A stretch of DNA of 32,000 bases from an uncultured archaeon (GCA_964589775.1 CAZPUN010000059.1:25474-57473), one strand, 5' to 3'. Numbered from the stretch's first letter, positions 18,699-28,541 are shown. Made by a program: numbers and translations. Notes: generated by a model not told the origin, from the sequence alone.

Positions 18699-19820
18699 TT
18701 ATTCGATCATCTCTAACAGTTCAGTAATCTCCATGACTTTAACGCCTACATGTTCTCCAGCGGCAGACAGACCCATACGGCAATTCTGACAAGATGTAAC
18801 TACAACATCTGCACCAAGATCTTTTGCCTCTTGCATTCGATTAATTCCGATTTTTAAGGCAAGATCGGCATCAAATGCATTAAGGGCACTGCCATTGCCA
18901 CAACAGAATGAATTCTTACCAATTCGCTGTAATTCCTGGAAATTGTCCACCATCGAATTAAGCACGAAACGTGGCTCATCAATTATATCAACATCTCTAA
19001 GACGACATGGATCATGAAAACTATATGTTTTACCATCAGTCTTTTTCTTAAGTTTAATTTTACCGTCTTTTATCAAATCTTCTAAGAATTTCACATAATA
19101 GATGATCTCACCATCAATCTGAATATCAAATTTCTTGTAGGTACGTGTTAACGTCTTATTACAATTGGGACACAATGTAAGAATGATTTTAGAACCACTT
19201 GAATTAATAATATCGGCATTCTTTTGTGCCACCTTTTTAGCATCATCAATAAGACCAAAACCAAACAAAGGCGCACCACAACAGTGCTCTTTGCCGCCAA
19301 GCAGCGATACGTGATATCCAACTTTCTCCAATATTTTTACAACACGTTCTATAGTATCCTGCCCTTTAAGACCGGTTTTACAACCCGTATAAATTAATAT
19401 TTCAGATGATGCAGAATCTAAACCAAGCTTTTCCACGGGCATATTGCGTTGTGAATTATCGATACCATATACATTTCCGGTTGTAAGAATGTTGTTCAGT
19501 ATCTTTTTGGGGGGATTCAACACAATTCCACGTTTTACAGCTTCACGACGTGCAGCCAAAATTATCTGAGGTACATCAATGTGCAAATCGCATGCCTCTT
19601 TGCAGCGACCACACATAGTACATCGATAAAATGGCATGGCTGTTTCAGCAGACCAGTCTAGACGGCCATTGACCAGCTCATAAAGAATTGCCATTTTACC
19701 AGATGGCGTATCAGATTCAAGACCGCTCTCACTACTTACAGGGCATACATCCCTGCACATTTTTAGGCAAGACATACATGTTTGTATTTGTTCAGTCATT
19801 TCAGATAGACTCATAACCAT
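18699..19820 (-). CDS. Fe-S oxidoreductase, GlpC/HdrD-like (2x[4Fe-4S] plus two CCG domains)
   Basis: CMSCLKMCRDVCP, CTMCGRCKEAC, HCCG, CPNC, HDPCR, FCCG and SCQNC. Confidence 0.9.
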   Translation of the reverse strand: MVMSLSEMTEQIQTCMSCLKMCRDVCPVSSESGLESDTPSGKMAILYELVNGRLDWSAETAMPFYRCTMCGRCKEACDLHIDVPQIILAARREAVKRGIVLNPPKKILNNILTTGNVYGIDNSQRNMPVEKLGLDSASSEILIYTGCKTGLKGQDTIERVVKILEKVGYHVSLLGGKEHCCGAPLFGFGLIDDAKKVAQKNADIINSSGSKIILTLCPNCNKTLTRTYKKFDIQIDGEIIYYVKFLEDLIKDGKIKLKKKTDGKTYSFHDPCRLRDVDIIDEPRFVLNSMVDNFQELQRIGKNSFCCGNGSALNAFDADLALKIGINRMQEAKDLGADVVVTSCQNCRMGLSAAGEHVGVKVMEITELLEMIE

Positions 19821-21247
19821 TCAACTCCGTTAAAACCTAATTTCCCAGGATTCATTATATTCGAAGGATCAAGAGTTTCCTTGAGCTTTTTCAGCAACAG
19901 ATATGAACTACCCAGTTCATCTTTCAACCATGGATTTCTTGCAATTCCAACCCCATGATGATGGCTTATTGTCCCACCAACCTCAAGTATGGCGTTCATT
20001 GCAGAATCCCAGGCATTTCTAAGATTTACATAAGGATCAGGACCATCAGCAATTTCACCAACAAAGGTAAAATAAATTGCAGCTCCGGTCCTGTATAAAT
20101 GTGAAAAATGCGCCAAGACCATCAAGTCATTCGATTCTAAAGCCTCACGGACTTTAGTATATAATTCATTGATTTTATCCCAAGTCGTTGCAACTTCAAT
20201 AGTATCTGCAAATCCACCTTCTAGAACTTCAGGCAGGTCAAAATATTGTTTATAACGATGTTCCCACCAATGCCAACCGATTTTTGGATCCATTGCCTTT
20301 GCATTATGCGATTTACAAATTTCATCAATTATTTTAGATTCGGTTTCCACAATTCGTTTATCACCATCAAGCAATAAAAATAGTAAGTTTCCTTGTGCAG
20401 AAATATTAATACGATTTAAAGTTAGAAATGTATCATATTCATCATAGAGTCGCACAATTGCAGGATAGATATCTTTTTGCAAAATTTCGCGTATTGCATT
20501 AATTGCATTATTTAGATCTTCAAATAAATATACACGGAACTCTCTGGACTCAGGAATTTTGTGAAGCTTAAGGGTAATTTCTGTAATAACACCTAATGTG
20601 CCTTCAGAACCAATGAATATCCGATTTAAATCAGGACCATTCGATGCTTTGGGTGTCGCTTTTGTTCGTATGATTTCACCAGTAGGAAGAACAACCTCAA
20701 GTGCCATAACCATATCATCGATATTTCCATATTTTGTTGACATAATTCCTGATGCACGAGTTGCAACAAAACCACCAATAGTAGAGGTAGTCAAACTCAT
20801 AGGATAATGGCCCAGTGTAAGCCCAAATCTATTTAAACGCTCCTCCAAGTTTTGCCCGATAATTCCAGGCTGAACAACTGCAACCAATGAATTCTTATCT
20901 ATACGAATGACATTATGCATCTTCTTTAAGTCTAAAATGATACCGCCTTTTGATGCAATGATCCCACCAACAACACCAGCTCCACCCCCATAAGGAATAA
21001 TAGGAACACGATATTTAGTTGCAATCTTAAGAATTTCAGAGACTTGTTGAGTATTTTCAGGCCAAACAATCGCATCAGGAAGGGGAAGATCTTCTAATCG
21101 CTTGAATTTGATAACTGAAAGGATCCAAGCATCTTTAGAATACACGTATTTATCATGCAATGCGAAAGAGATGTTTGAATTCCCCACAACGTTTTTAATC
21201 TCATCTAATGCTGCTTCTAAAACTTCCATTTTAATCATCTCATACAT
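19811..21247 (-). CDS. FAD-linked oxidase (VAO/PCMH family), alkyl-dihydroxyacetonephosphate synthase-like
   Basis: PYGGGAGVVGG, STIGGFVATRASG..STKYG.I.D, GSEGTLGVITE, PAIVRLYD, GAAIYFTF, SHHHGVG and DPSNIMNPGK. Confidence 0.85.
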   Translation of the reverse strand: MYEMIKMEVLEAALDEIKNVVGNSNISFALHDKYVYSKDAWILSVIKFKRLEDLPLPDAIVWPENTQQVSEILKIATKYRVPIIPYGGGAGVVGGIIASKGGIILDLKKMHNVIRIDKNSLVAVVQPGIIGQNLEERLNRFGLTLGHYPMSLTTSTIGGFVATRASGIMSTKYGNIDDMVMALEVVLPTGEIIRTKATPKASNGPDLNRIFIGSEGTLGVITEITLKLHKIPESREFRVYLFEDLNNAINAIREILQKDIYPAIVRLYDEYDTFLTLNRINISAQGNLLFLLLDGDKRIVETESKIIDEICKSHNAKAMDPKIGWHWWEHRYKQYFDLPEVLEGGFADTIEVATTWDKINELYTKVREALESNDLMVLAHFSHLYRTGAAIYFTFVGEIADGPDPYVNLRNAWDSAMNAILEVGGTISHHHGVGIARNPWLKDELGSSYLLLKKLKETLDPSNIMNPGKLGFNGVEWL

Positions 21248-22694
21248 CTAATTCTGATGCTGCGGACAACATCATTTCTTGATATTTTTCATAATATTCA
21301 GAATAACGCTCATAATTTGCACTATCCGGATTATGGGTTTTCTCAATATGAACCATGGAATGTATTGCATCTTCAATCGTTTTGTATATACCAGTACCAA
21401 CTGATGTGAGAATCGCTGCGCCAAGAGAACTTGCATTCTCAATACTTTGTGTTAATATAACGGGTTTATTGGTAATATCAGCTTGTATCTGCCGCCATAA
21501 TTCAGATTTTGCGCCTCCGCCATCAACACGTATATTCTCAATAGAAATACCAAATTCATCAAACATATCCAGGAAGAATCGAATACTATAGCCATTACTT
21601 TCCATTATGGCTCTTGCAAGACTATGACGATTATGACTAAACGAGAGCCCATAAATGATACCTTTACCAAAATTAAAAAGAGGAATTACACCCAAACCAT
21701 CAGAACCGGGAGAGACTGATGCTGCCTTTTCCGCAATAATATCATAAACATCAACACCAGTTTTCTGGGCTTCATCTTTCTCCGGAAATGCAAAATTATC
21801 GCGGTACCATTTTAATATAGCACCAGTCCCGGGAATTACAGCTTCGATCATCCATTTGTTAGGAAGTGCATGCGGCAAAACAAAGAGATGCGTCATCTTA
21901 TTATAAAATTCAAATAAAGGCTCATCGATTGTCACATCAATAAAAGTTCCTGTACCTGTCGTAGCTTTTAGAGATGAGCTGTCGATCCCGCCAAGTCCCA
22001 ACAAAGAACATTGTTGGTCCCCAGCACCCATTACAATTTTTACATCTTCGGGAAGAGAAAGTTCTTTTGATGCATCTTTTGTAATTTCGCCAAGCAGTGA
22101 ACCAGATGAAACGATCTGAGGAACTTTTTCAATAGGAATTTCAGTTTTCTCAAGCACATCAACAAGTAATTTTCCTTCAGAAACACTATATGGAAAATAT
22201 GCAGCATTTGATGAATTCATAACAAATTTTCCTGTAAGTTTGAAATAAATAAAGCTATCAACTGGAAGGAACATAAATGCATTATTAAACACGTCTGGCT
22301 TATTTTGCTTTAGCCAAAGCAGTTTTTGCGTTGTAGTTCGCTGTAATAGAAATTCAGATAACTCTACATCATCAATCTCTGGAGTACGAGCATCCATCCA
22401 TGTAATTGCATTATGAATTGGTTCGCCATTGTTATCCACAGGAATTACAGTCGCACGCTGTGAGGAGATGCTTAATCCCACTAACTTTTCAAGTTTTGAT
22501 TTGTGAGATTTTATTGCTTTTTTTGATGCTATCCACCAATCCAAAGCATTTTGCTCAACAATTTTTGGCTCAGGAGTAATAAGATTGTATTCAGATACAG
22601 TCTTTTCAATAACATTCCCAACCGAATCAAAAATAGCAGCTGTAACATTTGTCGTGCCAATATCTAATGACATGAAAAACAATTTTTCATCCAT
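21240..22694 (-). CDS. FGGY-family carbohydrate kinase (xylulose/glycerol kinase-like)
   Basis: SLDIGTT, SSQRAT, ITWMDAR, GAGDQ, TTGTG, DGGGAKSELWRQIQADI and LGAA. GGTGA SD. Confidence 0.92.
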   Translation of the reverse strand: MDEKLFFMSLDIGTTNVTAAIFDSVGNVIEKTVSEYNLITPEPKIVEQNALDWWIASKKAIKSHKSKLEKLVGLSISSQRATVIPVDNNGEPIHNAITWMDARTPEIDDVELSEFLLQRTTTQKLLWLKQNKPDVFNNAFMFLPVDSFIYFKLTGKFVMNSSNAAYFPYSVSEGKLLVDVLEKTEIPIEKVPQIVSSGSLLGEITKDASKELSLPEDVKIVMGAGDQQCSLLGLGGIDSSSLKATTGTGTFIDVTIDEPLFEFYNKMTHLFVLPHALPNKWMIEAVIPGTGAILKWYRDNFAFPEKDEAQKTGVDVYDIIAEKAASVSPGSDGLGVIPLFNFGKGIIYGLSFSHNRHSLARAIMESNGYSIRFFLDMFDEFGISIENIRVDGGGAKSELWRQIQADITNKPVILTQSIENASSLGAAILTSVGTGIYKTIEDAIHSMVHIEKTHNPDSANYERYSEYYEKYQEMMLSAASELDV

Positions 22695-22881
22695 TTTAAT
22701 TCACCTAAGCCATATGTATATTTGTCATATTTTTTCACTTATTAATTTATTTGGTCAATTTTAATAAATAATAGTTTCAAAATGAAGCACAAATCAACTA
22801 CAAATTAATAATTTAAATCCAAGATACGTAAAAATGGCTTCTATCAAAAGTTTATTATTCGCAGCCTCTAATGAAATTATT

Positions 22882-24096
22882 ATGATTAAGAACGCTGTAA
22901 TTATTAGGTATAATGAAATTGCTATAAAATCAAGACAGACTAGAAGAAGATTTGTAGATCTATTAATTAAATCATTTAAGAAAGCGTTAAAATATTACAA
23001 AATTGAGGATTACAAAGTTCGAGTTGAGTTCGGACGTATTTTCATTGATACTGATGAACCATATGAAGTAACAAAAATAGTTACAAAAATTTTTGGCGTT
23101 CATTCAGCTTCGCCAGCTTTCAAATTAAAAACGAATTTTGAAAATATTTTACAAACAGGACTAGAATATGCTATAGAAATTAAACATATAGGCAGAAAAT
23201 TTGTGGTACGTGCAAGGCGTGTTGGAAATCATGAATTCACTAGCGATGATATTAATCGAAAATTAGGAGAAAAAATATTAGAAAATATTCCAGATCTTCA
23301 AGTGAGCCTAAAGAATCCCGATTGGACAATATATGTAGAAATACGTAATGAGGATACATATATTTTCCACGAAATTTTTGAGGGCGTAGGTGGATTGCCT
23401 ACAGGAACACAAGGGAAGATAATTGCAACAATCTCAGGAGGATTAGATTCACCAGTCGCAATTTATAAGGCAATAAAGCGAGGTTGTATCCCAGTATTCG
23501 TTCATTTCAATAATGGACAATTTGTAGACAAAATGAATCTCAAGAAAGCACTAGAATCTGCAAAAATACTTGCATCATATATTTGGACTCATGATGTAAA
23601 AATGTACATAGTACCGCATGAATTGGATTTGATGCATGCATTAGAATATACACATCCAAAGATGATTTGTATATTTTGCCGAAGAAATATGTACAGATTA
23701 GCGGAAAGAATTGCCCTCAAAGAGAATGCAGACGCAATAATAACGGGAGAAATGATTGGCGAACAAGCTTCACAAACATTACGCAACTTGCGAGTAACAT
23801 CACAAGCGATCACACAAATACCAATTCATAGACCAGTAATTGGAGATGATAAATTAGATGTAGAAAAAGTCGCTAAGCAAATTGGAACATATGAAATAAA
23901 TGCAATTCCTTCAAAGTCATGTGGATTGGCACCCAAATATCCAATAATAAATGCAGATCTAAAGAAAATTTTGGAACTCGAGTCTCATATGGATATAGAG
24001 AATGTATTAAGACAAGAATTAGAAAATATTTCAGTAATCTATCTTGTTAAAGATGGAGAACCTACAAACATTAATATCGACGATATAAAAATATAA
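22882..24096 (+). CDS. thiI: tRNA 4-thiouridine synthase ThiI (THUMP + PP-loop, archaeal CxxC+C type)
   Basis: IRYNEIAIKS, GVGGLPTGTQG, SGGLDSPVA, CIFCRRNM, TGEMIGEQASQT and a distal SCG. No rhodanese domain. Start is either 22882 or 22834. Confidence 0.95.
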   Translation: MIKNAVIIRYNEIAIKSRQTRRRFVDLLIKSFKKALKYYKIEDYKVRVEFGRIFIDTDEPYEVTKIVTKIFGVHSASPAFKLKTNFENILQTGLEYAIEIKHIGRKFVVRARRVGNHEFTSDDINRKLGEKILENIPDLQVSLKNPDWTIYVEIRNEDTYIFHEIFEGVGGLPTGTQGKIIATISGGLDSPVAIYKAIKRGCIPVFVHFNNGQFVDKMNLKKALESAKILASYIWTHDVKMYIVPHELDLMHALEYTHPKMICIFCRRNMYRLAERIALKENADAIITGEMIGEQASQTLRNLRVTSQAITQIPIHRPVIGDDKLDVEKVAKQIGTYEINAIPSKSCGLAPKYPIINADLKKILELESHMDIENVLRQELENISVIYLVKDGEPTNINIDDIKI

Positions 24097-24205
24097 AAAA
24101 ACGTTATATATTAATCAAAATGAACAAAATACATAAAGAAATGTTTAAATAAAAGAAAGTCGATTTATAAGATTGATTGCCCATAATAAAGGAGGGAAGA
24201 ATGAA

Positions 24206-24439
24206 ATGCCAAGATCTAAAAAAGGTAGAATAATTCCCGTAGCACCAGTTGATAAGCTCATCAGAGAAATTGGCGCTCATAGAGTCAGTGCTGACGCAGC
24301 TGAAAAACTTGCAGAGATCCTAGAAGACATGGGAAAAGAAATTGCTCGCCAAGCCAATGAATTCTCATCATTTGCAAAAAGAAGAACAGTAACACAGAAA
24401 GACATAGAACTCGCATACAAAATGTGGAGAAAAACATAA
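24206..24439 (+). CDS. archaeal histone (HMf family) with short basic N-terminal extension
   Basis: IPVAPVDKLIREIGAHRVSADA...RRTVTQKDIELA histone fold. GGAGG SD before ATG 24206. Confidence 0.95.
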   Translation: MPRSKKGRIIPVAPVDKLIREIGAHRVSADAAEKLAEILEDMGKEIARQANEFSSFAKRRTVTQKDIELAYKMWRKT

Positions 24440-24462
24440 ATTAGTTAAATCTGAGCCCCAAT

Positions 24463-25179
24463 ATGAGGGAGAAAATTAAAGTGAGGAAATTTATAAAAAA
24501 AGTTGTGCCTGACAGAACACTCATAATATCCATCCATGATGCGGTACCATACTATGAATATGAATTCGGTCAAGTTCTCAATTTGTTCAGAGAATACAAC
24601 ATTACAGATTTTTCAATTCTCATTCCGATGCATTATAAAAGAAAAGGATACAATTTAATCCCTCAAAAGGCTCATTTTATTTCTTTATTACTTGGTCTAA
24701 AAAAAGAATTAGTACTACACGGCTATTTTCATGAAAAGAAGAATGGAGAACCAGATGAGTTTTTCGATGAAGTTGAAGAATTAGCCGTAAACAGATTTAG
24801 ATTAGCAATAGATGCATATCATAGAAGTTTTAGAAAATATCCAGATGGATTCATTCCGCCAATGTGGAGAATGAGTCAAACTATTTTTGATTTAACACTT
24901 GCATATAAATTAAGATATACGGTAAAAGGAAATTCAATATACGATCTGAAAAACAATATTGTTTATCAAACAAATGCCATGATAATTGGACCGGGAAATA
25001 TACCCATAACTCCATATTACGCATTATTCGAAATAGAACTTGGTGGTCCAATACAAGTAGCTATTCACCCGCTCGATGCAAATAGGATGGAGAATCTAAG
25101 ACGCCTTTTGACGAACTTAATTGATGATAATAAATATAAGCCAATAAGTTATTCAAGCATCATAAATTCACAAAAATAA
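24463..25179 (+). CDS. polysaccharide deacetylase-like protein (DUF2334 / CE4)
   Basis: ISIHDAVP, LHGYFH, GFIPPMW and VAIHP motifs. Confidence 0.8.
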   Translation: MREKIKVRKFIKKVVPDRTLIISIHDAVPYYEYEFGQVLNLFREYNITDFSILIPMHYKRKGYNLIPQKAHFISLLLGLKKELVLHGYFHEKKNGEPDEFFDEVEELAVNRFRLAIDAYHRSFRKYPDGFIPPMWRMSQTIFDLTLAYKLRYTVKGNSIYDLKNNIVYQTNAMIIGPGNIPITPYYALFEIELGGPIQVAIHPLDANRMENLRRLLTNLIDDNKYKPISYSSIINSQK

Positions 25180-25191
25180 GGAGTAAATACA

Positions 25192-25800
25192 ATGGCAACC
25201 TCTAAGAGTATTTCATTAATAGCCATATTTGGAGCCATAATTGGAATTTTAGAGATTTTCCCAATCATTGGAATAACAGATATTCCATTTCCATTATATC
25301 CAAAGCTAACGATTGATCCCACAGGTATAGTAATAATACTTGGATATTTGATACTGGGATTCATTCCATCATTAACATTATGCGGATTCGCATTAATATT
25401 TATAGGCTATAGAAATATCTTTGGTGCAATTTTCAAAGTTCTTTCAGAGTTATTTAATTTAATTGGTTTTGCAATTGGCTTTACATTGAATAGAAAAATA
25501 AAGCTCAAGAATGAATTCATAATGCCATTTATTTTCGGAATAATTTTTAGAGTTATTTTAATGCATATATCCAATTACTTCTTGCTCCAGATATTTTATG
25601 GAATTCCACCTGAAGTAGTTATTGCGTTACTACCAATTATAGATATATTCAACACATTACAAGGTTCAATAAATATGACAATAGCTCCATTAATAATACG
25701 AGCGTTACCAAAAGAAATAATTGAAAAATTTGGCAATCATTCTTCATCCGTAGAAGATTCCACATTCTCCCATTCGGATACAAAATCACCAAGCATCTGA
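25192..25800 (+). CDS. ECF transporter S component (vitamin-binding)
   Basis: About 6 TM. LE...(P)...LTIDPTGI N-terminal pattern and FNTLQGSIN. Confidence 0.7.
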   Translation: MATSKSISLIAIFGAIIGILEIFPIIGITDIPFPLYPKLTIDPTGIVIILGYLILGFIPSLTLCGFALIFIGYRNIFGAIFKVLSELFNLIGFAIGFTLNRKIKLKNEFIMPFIFGIIFRVILMHISNYFLLQIFYGIPPEVVIALLPIIDIFNTLQGSINMTIAPLIIRALPKEIIEKFGNHSSSVEDSTFSHSDTKSPSI

Positions 25801-26018
25801 ATTAGTGTTCTAGCTTGTTTCAGATTATTTATTTTATATGAAGTTTGCTTTCTAAATCCCTCATTAACCTTTTTGTATTTGTACAAGGAGAGACTGATTT
25901 TTCCAGTTTTGGGATCCCGTAGAAGAACAAGGACACTCCACCAGCCGCCACTGTAACTTATCGTGCTATATTTTAATATTTCGTAATAATCGATAGGAGG
26001 TTCCCCTAGATTACTCAT
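25737..26018 (-). CDS. small conserved-looking hypothetical protein (beta-strands plus C-terminal helix)
   Basis: Coupled to the upstream minus-strand gene by an 8-bp overlap. GWWSVLVLL..P.TG...LSLYKYKK pattern. Confidence 0.7.
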   Translation of the reverse strand: MSNLGEPPIDYYEILKYSTISYSGGWWSVLVLLRDPKTGKISLSLYKYKKVNEGFRKQTSYKINNLKQARTLIQMLGDFVSEWENVESSTDEE

Positions 26019-26682
26019 CGGATTTTATCACCACTTTTCTTTTTACAAATAGTAGTGCAATTCCAGCAAAGATAAGTCCAGAAATGCCCATAATTATAAT
26101 TACTTCTATGAAATAAATTAACGCATCATATAGATTTGGAACTTGTGATATATATACAATATTACGTTCGACTGAATGCGAAACAATTAATGTCCGCCAA
26201 CTTGAATTGATGAAATACACAGTTATTTCTAGTATTATGTGTAAATCTGCTGTGCTCGAAACATTATTAGAAAGATCCATTACGAAACGGTCTGATTTGT
26301 AAGTATAGTCAGAAAGCCGAACATTAAGGCTTTTTGAAACTTTTGCATAAACATGTCCATTTGGAAGAGACCCATTTTCATAGGGCGCAAAATTATGCTC
26401 ACATAAGACAAAGGTTACACTATTAAGTATAACATGATAATTTTCATTACTAGCCCTATATTGTACATCAAATGATGCAGCACCGGACATACCTATAGTA
26501 TAACCGTCATGAGCATACCAGTTTACGGTAATACCACCAGCATATGATAATGAATTATTATTAAAGTACAACTCTCTATGGAGCCAACTCATAGAATATG
26601 CATTCACTGGGAGTATAGTCCCGGAAATAACTACAAGTATTATTAGAGGTATGACACGATGCTTCATTAAATTCAGCCTCAT
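26011..26682 (-). CDS. exported, C-terminally membrane-anchored glycoprotein
   Basis: Signal peptide ending PVNA, beta-rich body, sequons NNS/NGS/NVS/NSS, and a C-terminal TM followed by KRK. Start uncertain. Confidence 0.75.
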   Translation of the reverse strand: MRLNLMKHRVIPLIILVVISGTILPVNAYSMSWLHRELYFNNNSLSYAGGITVNWYAHDGYTIGMSGAASFDVQYRASNENYHVILNSVTFVLCEHNFAPYENGSLPNGHVYAKVSKSLNVRLSDYTYKSDRFVMDLSNNVSSTADLHIILEITVYFINSSWRTLIVSHSVERNIVYISQVPNLYDALIYFIEVIIIMGISGLIFAGIALLFVKRKVVIKSDE

Positions 26683-26697
26683 AACACACAATATGTA

Positions 26698-26715
26698 TAA
26701 TCTTATATAAGATTA
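26698..26715. promoter_or_regulatory. 18-bp perfect palindrome containing a symmetric TATA box between divergent genes
   Basis: taatcttatataagatta equals its own reverse complement. Its centre is about 25 nt from ATG 26682. Confidence 0.6.
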
Positions 26716-26763
26716 GCCTATTGGATTTATACAAAAAATGTTTATCAAATTGTTGGTGATTTC

Positions 26764-27015
26764 ATGGAATCGAAAAACGGTACCCACATAAACTTTCCAA
26801 CTTCATTGTATGTATTCTATTTGATGTTTGGGCTTTGGTTATTCGCATTATTGGTTTATGTTTTATCATTTTTCAAATATACGGGATGGCTTTTCGTTTG
26901 CATAATTTCAGGTATCGTAATGATCATCAGTTTAAGAGCCGCTTTAAAATGGGGAAAAGAATTAGAAAAGAAAATGCGGCAGGAAAAAGATGAACAAGAA
27001 GATTTACTTCTGTAA
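26764..27015 (+). CDS. small two-TM membrane protein
   Basis: Two hydrophobic helices and a charged tail. GGTGAT SD. Confidence 0.75.
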   Translation: MESKNGTHINFPTSLYVFYLMFGLWLFALLVYVLSFFKYTGWLFVCIISGIVMIISLRAALKWGKELEKKMRQEKDEQEDLLL

Positions 27016-27103
27016 CATCTAAATTTAGGATAGATAGATTATTTAAGTAAAAAATACGTAATAAATAATGATAGTAAAATAGTTTAAACAGAGAGGGTTA
27101 AAA

Positions 27104-28387
27104 ATGGGAATACCATTTCTTTCTAGTTTCATTGATGGACTGAAATTGCTATTTAAATCAAAACGAATGATCTGGTTTACATCGATCTTCTTCATCGGTA
27201 TAATATTTAGTTCATACATTGGATATTTAATACCAGTAAGTACTGGACAAATTGGAGATCTATTAAAAGGCGCATTTCTATATATTGGTAGCACTACTAC
27301 AATCTACTTTATCTTTGCAACGGTAGGAACTGTTGCTGGAAAAGATAAATGGTTCTATCGTAGAAGGGACCTGAAAAATACGGTAACTCTAACAGCCGTA
27401 TGGCTTATTGCATCATTCTGGATATCAATACTATTCGCGGTCTATCTTGATATAATTATGCTTTTCATTTTTGTAATCGCATGCTGGATCGGTTGGATTG
27501 GTTTCCAGTCATATATGTCTTCCAGAACTGCATTGAGAATAGCAACCTTATCAGAACCAACAAAAACAGGAATATTAACGAAATTCTTTGGATTCTTTAT
27601 AATGCTCTTGAGTTATGCAACATATGGTGGATTAGGCTATTTCATGTTTATTATGAATGGTACAGCCCCAAGATTACTTGAAAATTACTCATTAATAATC
27701 ACAGGATTCATATTCTTAGGTCTTTTCCTACTACTCAATACATTTCTATTCCTGAGATATCTTTCAAGAGGCACTAGTCTTAATGTGGCATTGATGTCTT
27801 TCTTCGTATTAATCTATACTGGCTATTTCTCATATGGAATACTATTTAAATCAAGTCCAAAAGCAACAGCAATCGACTTTCTGGTTTCGATCTTCTTCTT
27901 GCTATACTCATTATCAGGTATCGGAAAAACAATTTCTACATTCTTAGAAGATGAAAAACCAAAAGGTATCCAGCCAGAAGCAGGACTCTTCTTTGTATTC
28001 TTCTTAGCATCCGGGTACTTCTTCGTAGATTCAATAATTGCATTACCACAAATTCAAGCATTCGCAACAAGTAACGTATTTGGAATACTATTTAAGGACG
28101 TTGTAAAATTCTTACTATTCCCAATAATTGCAACGATCGTATCAATATATTACGTTAAAGTACAGAGAGTTAAACGATTATTAGAGAAAGCAAAGGAAAC
28201 AGGCGAACAAATAGAACTTACAGAGGAAGAACGAGAAGTAGCAGAAAAGATTATCGCGGAGGAGAAAGCAAAGACACCATATACAGGACCCCCAAGATAC
28301 AGTGACTCAAAGAGACTGAAGATAGATGAAAGCCGTCGTCTAGGTCCTGCAAAGAGATATAAACCAGGTGAAGATGAGGAGGAATAA
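27104..28387 (+). CDS. polytopic membrane protein (about 10-11 TM) with long charged C-terminal tail
   Basis: Hydrophobic segments over roughly 350 aa, then a K/E/R-rich tail. No family recognised. Confidence 0.8.
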   Translation: MGIPFLSSFIDGLKLLFKSKRMIWFTSIFFIGIIFSSYIGYLIPVSTGQIGDLLKGAFLYIGSTTTIYFIFATVGTVAGKDKWFYRRRDLKNTVTLTAVWLIASFWISILFAVYLDIIMLFIFVIACWIGWIGFQSYMSSRTALRIATLSEPTKTGILTKFFGFFIMLLSYATYGGLGYFMFIMNGTAPRLLENYSLIITGFIFLGLFLLLNTFLFLRYLSRGTSLNVALMSFFVLIYTGYFSYGILFKSSPKATAIDFLVSIFFLLYSLSGIGKTISTFLEDEKPKGIQPEAGLFFVFFLASGYFFVDSIIALPQIQAFATSNVFGILFKDVVKFLLFPIIATIVSIYYVKVQRVKRLLEKAKETGEQIELTEEEREVAEKIIAEEKAKTPYTGPPRYSDSKRLKIDESRRLGPAKRYKPGEDEEE

Positions 28388-28541
28388 AAGCCTCATTATC
28401 TTTTTTAAATTTTTTAAAGAATTCTTAAAGGATTTCACATAAAAATAATAAGAATAAACCATATCTATACACTTTATTTTCATTTACAAAAAAATGTTTC
28501 TTATATATAAACTACGTCAATAATATCTCAGGTGAATAATA

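Noticed and set aside
6997-25800. Selenocysteine read-through at TGA-ending genes, with hairpins as SECIS elements
   Set aside because: The TGA-terminated proteins look complete, no catalytic Cys position is replaced by TGA, and the hairpins fit terminators better.
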